Shown one piece after another: positions 1-7,605 of a DNA stretch of 38,908 nucleotides. The stretch comes from a virus. Taxonomy: Duplodnaviria; Caudoviricetes. Location of the stretch: the IMG/VR virus record IMGVR_UViG_3300005512_000106, positions 1 to 38,908 of that record; one strand, given 5' to 3'. The number at the start of each line of letters is the position of its first letter. The first letter of the stretch is position 1. The notes beneath the pieces were generated by a model. That model worked only from the letters and a program-made list of their open reading frames with translations, was not told the DNA's origin and did not search any database. Position numbers and translations under genes: made by a program.

Positions 1-138
1 CGCCGGGGATTCCGTGATCTGGCTAACGACGTGGCCAAGTGGGTGAATCAGACGGACCCGACTCGCGTAGTATTTCCAACGACTGACATCCAACGTGCCC
101 GTGCCGGGTGCGAAGTGGGAGAGAGCGACGATGACTGA
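1..138 (+). CDS. Partial CDS (3' end); may continue the open frame at the right window edge
   Basis: Frame 1 is open from base 1 to TGA 136-138 and overlaps the next ATG at 131. Confidence 0.4.
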   Translation, partial: RRGFRDLANDVAKWVNQTDPTRVVFPTTDIQRARAGCEVGESDDD

Positions 139-358
139 CTACTGCCACCGCTGCCAGAACACAAAGACCGGCCCCGGAGCGTTTTGTGATAAGTGCCTCG
201 CCGAGATTCACAAGGGCAACCGTTTCAAGGCCGTGAGCAACGATCGCCCCGAAGTCCCCGAGGATGCTGAGGCACGCAAGCACGTCTGCATGGATGTGGA
301 CGGCCAGCGCACCTACGACTACGACCCCAAATACCGGGGCCGGCGACGCAATGGGTGA
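131..358 (+). CDS. Small zinc-finger protein
   Basis: CHRC...CDKC; ATG at 131 follows a purine-rich GGGAGAGAG. Confidence 0.55.
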   Translation: MTDYCHRCQNTKTGPGAFCDKCLAEIHKGNRFKAVSNDRPEVPEDAEARKHVCMDVDGQRTYDYDPKYRGRRRNG

Positions 359-373
359 ACGAAAGACGACACC

Positions 374-595
374 ATGAAGATCCCCGACCTTGACGGCATC
401 GACCGGCGAGCAGAGCAGGGCGTGATCTTCGCCGAGTCAGAGATCAAAATGCTCACTGGCATCATCCGCAAACTGCTCGGCCGGCATGGCTCTCCCCGGC
501 CCCCTGATCTTGGAGCCGTTTTGGAGCCAACCCCCCTTCTGGACGCTGTCGGGGCCACTGTCGAGGGCAGTGTCGCAACCAACGGAACCCCATGA
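374..595 (+). CDS. Hypothetical protein
   Basis: ORF continues the + strand run; its 3' end overlaps att arm repeats. Confidence 0.4.
   Translation: MKIPDLDGIDRRAEQGVIFAESEIKMLTGIIRKLLGRHGSPRPPDLGAVLEPTPLLDAVGATVEGSVATNGTP
510..528. repeat. Integrase arm-type site pair (left), TTGGAGCC x2
   Basis: TTGGAGCC at 510-517 and 521-528; the same pair recurs across the att core. Confidence 0.7.
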
Positions 596-597
596 CA

Positions 598-624
598 GAG
601 CCCCACCTAACTGCGGCGGGGCTC
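598..624. terminator. GC-rich hairpin between convergent transcription units
   Basis: GAGCCCC (598-604) / GGGGCTC (618-624); no clear U tract. Confidence 0.35.
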
Positions 625-646
625 ATGGGTTGCGGCGGGGCGTGTA

Positions 647-686
<40 letters not shown>

Positions 687-695
687 AAATGCTGC

Positions 696-1859
696 TCAGT
701 CCATCGCTTGTGACTGCACTCCATATTCAGGCTTGACTTTGGAGCCGTTTTTGGAGCCGTTTCGTGAAGCATCATGCTCGGTAGTATCCCGTGAGCCACT
801 GCCGTTGTCAACCCCCGCCGCCTGCCTGAATGCCTCAGGCTTGGCCTGGTGGTAGTGTTCCTTGGCGACCTCGGGGCCGTGGCCCATCCACTCGCAGACG
901 GTGAACACGTCGTACTCCCCCAGCCAGTCGGTGTCACAGTTCTTCCGCAGTGTGTGGCACCACTTGGCCCACGGGGTGAGCCCTGCCCTCTTGGCAATGA
1001 CTTGGACGTCCCGCCAGAGGTTCGTACCGACCAGCCCGGCGACAACCTTCTGGCTCGGGCTGTCGGCCATGTACGCCTCGAAGAGCAGATCGTGGAGCTC
1101 GGGGCGGATTGGCACGTTGCGGGCCAGGATGCCCGTGCGTCCCCCCGTCTTGAGGTTCGTCGCTCGCAGTCGGTGCTCGCCCAGGTCCACGTCGGACCAT
1201 GTGAGGGCCAGGGCCTCGCCTTGACGCAGCCCGGCCCAGCGGCACAGGCTCAGCAGCAGACGCCATGCCATGTTCGGGCAGGCATCGAGCAGCTTGGCCA
1301 TCTTGTCGACGTCGATGTACTCCCAGTTCTTGATCGGCCGGGGCGCAGTGGAGGTCAGCTTGCCGAAGGGGTTGAGCGAGACGACATCATCCTCGGCAGC
1401 CTCGTTGAAGATCGCCTTGACGTCACGCACGCAACGGCAGACCGTCGCCTCGGAAAGCTGGCCGTGGTCCCGCTTGTTCAGGTGGGCGAAATCTCCCTTG
1501 GCCAGCATGGTGCGCCAGACACGGGCATCGGCCTTGCTGATGGTGTCCGCTCGCCGGTCGCTGCCGAAGTGACCCGTCAGGTACCGCTCGCTCTGGCGGT
1601 ACCCGGCCACGGTGCCCGCGGAATACTCCGGGTGATTGTCGAGATGTCGCTGGATGAGCTCGCCCAGCGCTGGCGCCCGTGCCGTCACCGATCGGCCGGC
1701 GTTGAGTTGCTCAGCGAGACGGGCAGCCAGCACCGTCGCCGCCCGCTTGCTCACCTTGGCCCTGGCCCCGAGGCTCTTGCTCGCTCGCTTCCCGTCGAGG
1801 TACCACTGAGCCCGCCAGTACTCACCGTTCTTGTGGACTGTGACCCGTATCGCTCTCAT
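696..1859 (-). CDS. int: Tyrosine recombinase / phage integrase
   Basis: Catalytic R (GLRQGE), K (NLKTG), HxxR (HTLR), GH (MGH), Y (KEHY); ATG 1859 with GGAG RBS. Confidence 0.93.
   Translation of the reverse strand: MRAIRVTVHKNGEYWRAQWYLDGKRASKSLGARAKVSKRAATVLAARLAEQLNAGRSVTARAPALGELIQRHLDNHPEYSAGTVAGYRQSERYLTGHFGSDRRADTISKADARVWRTMLAKGDFAHLNKRDHGQLSEATVCRCVRDVKAIFNEAAEDDVVSLNPFGKLTSTAPRPIKNWEYIDVDKMAKLLDACPNMAWRLLLSLCRWAGLRQGEALALTWSDVDLGEHRLRATNLKTGGRTGILARNVPIRPELHDLLFEAYMADSPSQKVVAGLVGTNLWRDVQVIAKRAGLTPWAKWCHTLRKNCDTDWLGEYDVFTVCEWMGHGPEVAKEHYHQAKPEAFRQAAGVDNGSGSRDTTEHDASRNGSKNGSKVKPEYGVQSQAMD
739..758. repeat. Integrase arm-type site pair (right), TTGGAGCC x2, inside the int 3' end
   Basis: TTGGAGCC at 739-746 and 751-758. 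Confidence 0.7.
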
Positions 1860-2220
1860 GGGGATCTCCGGTTTCGTCCAGGTGTTGCAGGGATTGCCAA
1901 ATCGGCGATGCGTCCGGGATGCACTCCTGAGCCCACAGATAACAGTCACGGCAGAGGGCCATCCCGTTGAGCTTCACCGCAGCTTGGGCCTCGCAGCCCA
2001 AGGCGCAGAACTCTCGAGTTCTAGTCGTCGTTACCACATGATCTCGCCTCTTCCGCATGGCGTTGCCAGCGAAGTTGTAGTCGCCCGTCTCGGGGTCCAG
2101 CCGGTACTCGGCAACCAGGAATGGGTTGGTGACCTCTCGCCAAACCTCGGGCTTCTCGTCGGCATCGTCAACCACGAGCCCGTCGCTGGGACCACCGATA
2201 AGTTGAAACCTAGGCAGCAT
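1822..2220 (-). CDS. Hypothetical early protein with Cys cluster
   Basis: Starts LIGGPSDG; has CALGC...CRDC; overlaps its neighbours in the operon. Confidence 0.55.
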   Translation of the reverse strand: MLPRFQLIGGPSDGLVVDDADEKPEVWREVTNPFLVAEYRLDPETGDYNFAGNAMRKRRDHVVTTTRTREFCALGCEAQAAVKLNGMALCRDCYLWAQECIPDASPIWQSLQHLDETGDPHESDTGHSPQER

Positions 2221-2428
2221 TGTCGCCCCCATCCTGCTGCTCCACCTTGAGCCGGTCGCGCATCTCGACCAGCGCCTTGTGCAACACGTAGTAGTCGGGC
2301 AGCGTTCGGCCCATCTCATCCCGGCCGAGTAGCTGGCCGCATTCCTTGACAATCTCTCGGGTGCCTAGGGACAGCTTGCATTGCAGGCTGATGAAGTCAC
2401 GCTCTTCGCTGGTTGTTCGCTTGGCCAT
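2210..2428 (-). CDS. Small putative DNA-binding protein (ribbon-helix-helix-like)
   Basis: AAAGGAACCGA leader; strand-helix-helix pattern (ISLQCKLS / TREIVKECGQLLG / DYYVLHKALVEM). The fold is a guess. Confidence 0.5.
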   Translation of the reverse strand: MAKRTTSEERDFISLQCKLSLGTREIVKECGQLLGRDEMGRTLPDYYVLHKALVEMRDRLKVEQQDGGDNAA

Positions 2429-2459
2429 TCTCGGTTCCTTTCCGGTTGATGCCGGAAAT

Positions 2460-2488
2460 ATTATCGGCTATGCCCCCGGCCGAGTCAA
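2460..2488 (-). promoter_or_regulatory. Sigma70-type promoter for the operon ending in int
   Basis: TTGACT-17 nt-GATAAT on the - strand. Confidence 0.75.
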
Positions 2489-2521
2489 GGGCTTCAGTCT
2501 GTTCATAGCACGCACGGCCAC

Positions 2522-3112
2522 TCAACGGCCTCGGCGTGCAGCTTGCGTCAAGGGCATGGGAATACCCAGGGCGACGGCACACAGGTCGAGCATCTCCGTG
2601 GCTGCGTCCCGGTCGTCGGGGTTGCCCGTTCTGGCGTAGTAGTCCTCCGGCAGAAGCTCCGTGTAATGCAGGTCGCCGAAGAAGGACCAGAGGCGTCGGA
2701 GAAGCTTCTTGGTGTCCGGCTGCTCCGGCGGTGTCGCCTCCAGGTACGCCCTGGCCCCAGCGATGGCCCGGCAGTAGGAACACGTCGCCGGATCGTCCCC
2801 GCCGTGGTCGTCGAGTACGTCCGCCTCGTGCGCCTCCTCCAGGTAGTCGGCGAGTTGTTCGACCAGCGCACGCGGAGGGGCAGGCGCATCGGATCGGGAG
2901 AGGTACTCCCTGTCCGGCCCGGCCTCAACGGCAGCCAAGGCGTAGCAATCGCACCACTCGAAGCCGCACGCCTCGCACCAGCAGGACTGGTGAGCGGTTC
3001 CAGCGTCGATCGTGACGCTGTCGCCGGTTACGTTGTCCGCCCCGCAGGCCGGGCAGGATACCCCGCCCCCCGCCAGATACTTGTCCACCTGCTCTTGTGT
3101 CAATGTCTGCAT
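2522..3112 (-). CDS. Early protein with N-terminal zinc ribbon
   Basis: CPACG...CEACG; AAGGAG RBS before ATG 3112. Confidence 0.7.
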   Translation of the reverse strand: MQTLTQEQVDKYLAGGGVSCPACGADNVTGDSVTIDAGTAHQSCWCEACGFEWCDCYALAAVEAGPDREYLSRSDAPAPPRALVEQLADYLEEAHEADVLDDHGGDDPATCSYCRAIAGARAYLEATPPEQPDTKKLLRRLWSFFGDLHYTELLPEDYYARTGNPDDRDAATEMLDLCAVALGIPMPLTQAARRGR

Positions 3113-3196
3113 GGTCGTATCTCCTTCCCGCACTATCGCGGAAGCCCCGGCCCGGAGTTGCACCGGGCGACACTGGCGGGGCAGGATGCTAGGCGT

Positions 3197-3733
3197 CTAT
3201 GCGGCTACGAGCTCCACATCTGCCGTCAGTTCCGCCCAGCGGGTGAGGTCCACGCCGAACGCCTCCAGCACCCCGTGCAGATCGGCCAGTTCATCTCGCA
3301 CAAGCTCCCCCTGATAGCCTTGGTTAGCGTCTGACTCGACGCCGCAGATGCCGCCGCTCGTCAAGCGTTGGGTCAGCAGGACTCCGTCCGGCGTGGTGGC
3401 TGTCGCCACCCCAACGGTGGCTGTCGCCTGTATGCCCAGGTAGCACCACTCGCCCCGGCACAGGGCTTCCATCCGGGCATAGTCCTGCCGGACGTAGGAC
3501 CGGGCGAGTACCCAAGCTTCGTGCTTGCCGTAGCCGAGCTTACGCAGGCCCCGCCGGTGTTCCTCCATGCTGTTAGCGGGCACGAAGTAACGGTACTCCC
3601 GATGGTTCCCGCCCCGCCCTTGCGTCCGGTCGATGGCGCCCGGTTGCCAAGTGTCCGTGTACTCACCCACCCAAGACATATCCGAATCGGCGGGCGTGGC
3701 TGTAACCTTCACGTCAAGCACCTTCGGTTGCAT
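3197..3733 (-). CDS. Hypothetical early protein
   Basis: GGGAGAG RBS before ATG 3733; coherent ORF in the operon. Confidence 0.7.
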   Translation of the reverse strand: MQPKVLDVKVTATPADSDMSWVGEYTDTWQPGAIDRTQGRGGNHREYRYFVPANSMEEHRRGLRKLGYGKHEAWVLARSYVRQDYARMEALCRGEWCYLGIQATATVGVATATTPDGVLLTQRLTSGGICGVESDANQGYQGELVRDELADLHGVLEAFGVDLTRWAELTADVELVAA

Positions 3734-3832
3734 GGTTCTCTCCCTGTGTAAGTTCCCGGTTCCCGGTCGCCACAGTGGCGGGCCGAAGCACCAGCGCCCG
3801 GCCAGAGGCAAGGCGCTGGAACACAGGCCCGG

Positions 3833-4348
3833 CTACATGGCTAGAATCTTCTTGTCGCCGGTGATGCCCGCCAACGTCTGCGCTATCGTGCCCTCCGGGT
3901 CGGTGCTGTAGGCGTGCTTGTACGCCTCGCGACGTTCCTGCGCAACCCACGCAAGGGGCTTCTCGACGGCCAAGGACGGCTCTTGATCCCACGGCCCGTC
4001 ATGCACGAAGCGCCGCACCCTCCGCGGCTTCCGCCCCCGGCAGACCAGGTATACCCCGTGGTCGCTGGCCGTGACGACCAAAGGCCCCATAGCCTCCGGC
4101 GTGACTGCCTCCGGCCCGTTGAACACCCCGAGCGAGAGCCCGCTGATCGTGTCAACGTCGAAAAACTCCCCGACGATCTGGACGAAGCGCGAGAGCTCGT
4201 AGTCCTGATCGGCCCTGATCTTCCGCCGGTCGAGTTCATCGAGGAATGGATAGATACTCTCCGGCCCCCCGTTCCAGTGCAGGTATGCGGCTGGGGATAG
4301 AATGTCGCTGGCCTCATTCTCGAATACCACGATTGCCCTGTTGCCCAT
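3833..4348 (-). CDS. Conserved phage hypothetical early protein (MGNRA...YLHWNGG type)
   Basis: GGGAG RBS; first gene after the promoter at 4403-4431. Confidence 0.75.
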   Translation of the reverse strand: MGNRAIVVFENEASDILSPAAYLHWNGGPESIYPFLDELDRRKIRADQDYELSRFVQIVGEFFDVDTISGLSLGVFNGPEAVTPEAMGPLVVTASDHGVYLVCRGRKPRRVRRFVHDGPWDQEPSLAVEKPLAWVAQERREAYKHAYSTDPEGTIAQTLAGITGDKKILAM

Positions 4349-4380
4349 GATTCACACTCCCTATACACGGTTTCGGATAC

Positions 4381-4397
4381 TGTCACCCACTGTGACA
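4381..4397. promoter_or_regulatory. Palindromic operator candidate TGTCAC-N5-GTGACA
   Basis: Perfect 6-bp inverted repeat overlapping the predicted start site of the early promoter. Confidence 0.4.
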
Positions 4398-4402
4398 TAG
4401 GA

Positions 4403-4431
4403 ACTATATCGGCTAGTCATGTATAAGTCAA
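4403..4431 (-). promoter_or_regulatory. Sigma70-type early promoter
   Basis: TTGACT-17 nt-TATAGT in a locally AT-rich patch, with a T-rich tract upstream on the - strand. Confidence 0.8.
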
Positions 4432-4439
4432 GCGGGAAA

Positions 4440-5070
4440 TAAGAAAAAAACTGTGGACAAGGCAAGAGCCCAGGTCAACCCAACACGCACACAGGGGCGA
4501 AAGCCCCCAGCCAGCACCCTCATCATGCCCCCAAGCCCACGCCCAAGAAGAAAGCCCAGGTACCCGATACACCAAGGAGAGAGAGCAAGACGTACGACAG
4601 CATAGGGGGCAGGCGAGAGCCTGAGCCCATGCGGTACACCGTAGGGAATGAGAAGGTGGAGAAGGCCGAAGGGGGAAGGGCGAAGCGCGCGCGGACGCGG
4701 GCACGGTGGCATTCGCCGGCCCTGAGCCCCTTCCAGGTGGCCGGATTGGGCCGCAATGGCTCAAAGGGCAGCTCCAAAGCGTGCGTAAGTGCTGCACGGG
4801 CCTGCCCCTGTATTCAGCTTGCGTAGCTGGATACGCCCGATCGAGGGGGGGGGGACGGGGGGAGCCGGCATTCCTTGTTTCTCAGAGCCCCCCTCGTTGA
4901 TTTTTCTGCCGTTTTGATCTTTCGTGGTTCTTTCGGATGTCTCTCGCGGTTCTGGCGGGTCGTGAGCTTGCGAGGCTTGGCTGTGCTGGGCGATCGGGTG
5001 TCTGGGCGGGGGATTGAGCACAGGAGTCGCGATCGTGGCTTACAGGGCGATTTGGGGCGTTTCGTCCTGT
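4440..5070. other. Non-coding low-complexity region, candidate genome terminus/packaging region
   Basis: No credible ORF; strand-skewed composition; G10 run at 4845-4854; lies between terL and the early promoter, where T7-like terminal repeats sit. Confidence 0.5.
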
Positions 5071-5077
5071 GGGGTTC

Positions 5078-5305
5078 TTAGCCGGCGGCTTCGCGTCGGT
5101 ATTTGGCCAAGAGCTTCCCGCGGTGCGGCACCCGCATGAACTGGAGGATTAGCCTGTTCATCTCGATGTCGCAGTCGGTGCAGACTCCGGCGTAGCGGTT
5201 TCCGTTGGCACAGATCTTCCATTGTGCGGTCGAAGGCTTGCCGCATCGCGAGCAGGGGACACGCCGGATGCCGATCTCGGTGTAGGGTTTGCGTCTGCCG
5301 GTCAT
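5078..5305 (-). CDS. Small zinc-finger protein
   Basis: CSRC...CTDC; AAGGAACCGAACC leader before ATG 5305. Confidence 0.65.
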   Translation of the reverse strand: MTGRRKPYTEIGIRRVPCSRCGKPSTAQWKICANGNRYAGVCTDCDIEMNRLILQFMRVPHRGKLLAKYRREAAG

Positions 5306-5379
5306 GGTTCGGTTCCTTGTGAGGGAGAAGCTGCGTTCTCCCCAAGTAGAGGGAGGGGATGCACGACATAGGAAGCGGG

Positions 5380-7068
5380 TCAGTGCCTTATCCATGTCGG
5401 CCCGGCGGTGTTCCCGGCGAACTCGGCGAGCTCACGCTGGAGTTCTTCGTCGGCGTCTCGTTCTCGGCGCCGGTCTGCGGCCTTGGCGGGGTCTTGGTCG
5501 AGGCAGTCCTGGAACTGTAGGGTGACGCCGGCGACGGCCTCGATGCGGTCATCGTGGTCGAGGGAGTTGCGGTCTCGGGTGAGTCTGGTGAGTTGGTAGG
5601 TAAAGGTCGTGTCTGCGGCGACTTCGGGGCTGATTACCATTCGGTGCTGATTGAGGACGGGCTCGAGGATGCCGATGATGCGGAGTTCCTTCTGCCCGGT
5701 AGCGTGGCAGCCTATGGCGTAGCAGCCCCAACCCTCGGGGCAGTCGTCCTCTTGGCCTGGTGCGCAGGCGTACTCGGCGAGGATGGGCTCGATGAGCTTG
5801 ATGAGCATGTCGCCGCCAAAGTTGGTTTCGATGTAAACCTCGGTGCATCGGTGGTTTCTGAGGGCGGCGACGAACTTGTGGAGGTTCTCCGTGGTGGCGC
5901 CGCCGTGCACGCCGTCGACGTGCTTGAGGTACAGGTAGCCGTGGAGTTGGCCCATGATGGCGAGGCTCATCTCGTCGGGTCCGCGGCCGGCGGGGTCGAT
6001 GAAGCCCTTGACGCCTTGGTACTTGACCCATGTGTCGTCGACCATGACGGGGCCGTAGAAGCGGTCGGAGCCGAAGCCGACCGAGGGGATCTCCTCGATG
6101 GCGGTTGACCCGCGGGACGTATGCTTGCCCCAGGCGATCGTCATGGGGGCTTTGTCCCGGTGGGCGGGGTAGACGATAAAGTCCGCCAGCCGCAGGGGGT
6201 AGCGGTGCGTTGTGGCCAGGTCCGACACGAGCATGTACTGCATCAGGAACGTGGACCGGCTGACGGCGAGCGACATGATGTGGTCGCGGGAGAACCGCTC
6301 CGGCCAGACCGGGTCGGTCGGCTTGGCGGCGCCGTCGCGTAGGTCTCGCTGGAGCATCGGGGCGAGTGATGGAACCCGTTGGTCGTGCTCGGGATACTGG
6401 ACCGGCCAGGTGCGGAAGGCGTACTTGTTCGCGGCCAGGTGGTCGTACAGGCTGTCCTCGTGGTGAGGGGTGCCGAGGAAGATGATGTCGCCGCCGGGGA
6501 CGAGGATGAACTCGAACTCCTCGATGCGCTCGCGGAGGACGAGCCGCTGGTCTCGGGACTGCGTGTTCTCCATGGTCTCGACGTCATCGGGGACGATGAG
6601 TGTGGCCCTGACGCCGGGGAGTTGGCCGAGGATGCCCATGGCGGTGATCGAGGGCGTGCGGTCCCAATCCGCCGTACCCACGTCGAGGTTGTCGATGGAG
6701 TCGCGGTCTCGGGTACCAGGCCGCGGGGCCAGGTGCCGCAGGAAGGGGATGTTGGCGAGCCACAAGCGAATCAGGTGCATGGACTTACGGCTGTGGCCTA
6801 CGGACTTGGACACGAGCAGGACGCGCTCGTTGGCGTCGCGATACAGCCGCCAGAGGATGTAGGCGCAGGTTATCCACGTCTTTGAGAGCCCTCGGAAGCC
6901 GCGGATGCCACGCCGCTGCGGGCCGGCCTCGAGCCAGCGGGCGACGTCGTACTGGACGCGCGAGGGCTCAGGGAGTCGCTGGAGCCGCCATATCTCCTTG
7001 AGGAAGAAGGAGAAGGACTGTTCAAGCTGGTCGGTGTACTGCTTGACCAGGGCGGTAGAATCGCTCAT
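5380..7068 (-). CDS. terL: Terminase large subunit (T7 gp19-like)
   Basis: GFRGLSKTWIT Walker A-like, LIVPDDVE Walker B, FIDPAGRGPDE and HDDRIEA nuclease motifs. Confidence 0.95.
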   Translation of the reverse strand: MSDSTALVKQYTDQLEQSFSFFLKEIWRLQRLPEPSRVQYDVARWLEAGPQRRGIRGFRGLSKTWITCAYILWRLYRDANERVLLVSKSVGHSRKSMHLIRLWLANIPFLRHLAPRPGTRDRDSIDNLDVGTADWDRTPSITAMGILGQLPGVRATLIVPDDVETMENTQSRDQRLVLRERIEEFEFILVPGGDIIFLGTPHHEDSLYDHLAANKYAFRTWPVQYPEHDQRVPSLAPMLQRDLRDGAAKPTDPVWPERFSRDHIMSLAVSRSTFLMQYMLVSDLATTHRYPLRLADFIVYPAHRDKAPMTIAWGKHTSRGSTAIEEIPSVGFGSDRFYGPVMVDDTWVKYQGVKGFIDPAGRGPDEMSLAIMGQLHGYLYLKHVDGVHGGATTENLHKFVAALRNHRCTEVYIETNFGGDMLIKLIEPILAEYACAPGQEDDCPEGWGCYAIGCHATGQKELRIIGILEPVLNQHRMVISPEVAADTTFTYQLTRLTRDRNSLDHDDRIEAVAGVTLQFQDCLDQDPAKAADRRRERDADEELQRELAEFAGNTAGPTWIRH

Positions 7069-7352
7069 GCGGTAGCCGCGTCCTTGCCTTCACCGACCGG
7101 GGGCATCTTCAAGACCGAGCAGCCCGGCTCTGTGATGCCAAGTTCGGCGGCGAGTGCCTTACTGAGCGCCTGCTTCTCATCGGCAGGGTCATCGGCCAGC
7201 TTCGCCGGCGACCGGTTGATGCCGAGGTCGCGAACCCTCTGCCTGGCGACGTTCAGCATCGCTGCGGTGGGCTCGTCCTTGAGCTTCTCAAGCAGCGTCT
7301 TGTCGAGCAGGTCGCAGAGATCTTCCTGGGCCTTGGTGGTGATATTATTCAT
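7065..7352 (-). CDS. terS: Terminase small subunit (T7 gp18-like)
   Basis: TAAMLNVARQRVRDLGI motif; overlaps the terL start. Confidence 0.8.
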   Translation of the reverse strand: MNNITTKAQEDLCDLLDKTLLEKLKDEPTAAMLNVARQRVRDLGINRSPAKLADDPADEKQALSKALAAELGITEPGCSVLKMPPVGEGKDAATA

Positions 7353-7605
7353 CGTCGTCCTCGTTGGGTTCGGGGCGCACGAGAGTCTCTCGGTGAAACA
7401 TCTCCCCGAGCATGACGGCCTGGAGATCGGAACACAGGCCGACGCAGGTGTGCGTGTTCCCGTGCCACCGGCGGTACACGCAGTTCTTGTCGCTGGCATG
7501 GATCTGCGTCTGCATCCCGACAAAGACGGCGTGCTCCATGCGGCCGATCGCCTCGGTGAGCAGGTCGCCCAGAGGCACGAGGCTCAGGTCTACGTCCATG
7601 GTCAT
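7345..7605 (-). CDS. Hypothetical protein
   Basis: ATGA overlap with the upstream stop; fills the gap before terS. Confidence 0.6.
   Translation of the reverse strand: MTMDVDLSLVPLGDLLTEAIGRMEHAVFVGMQTQIHASDKNCVYRRWHGNTHTCVGLCSDLQAVMLGEMFHRETLVRPEPNEDDDE

Noticed and set aside
4417-5081. ORF-track ORFs in the putative terminus region
   Set aside because: Low-complexity translations, no RBS, no family motifs.
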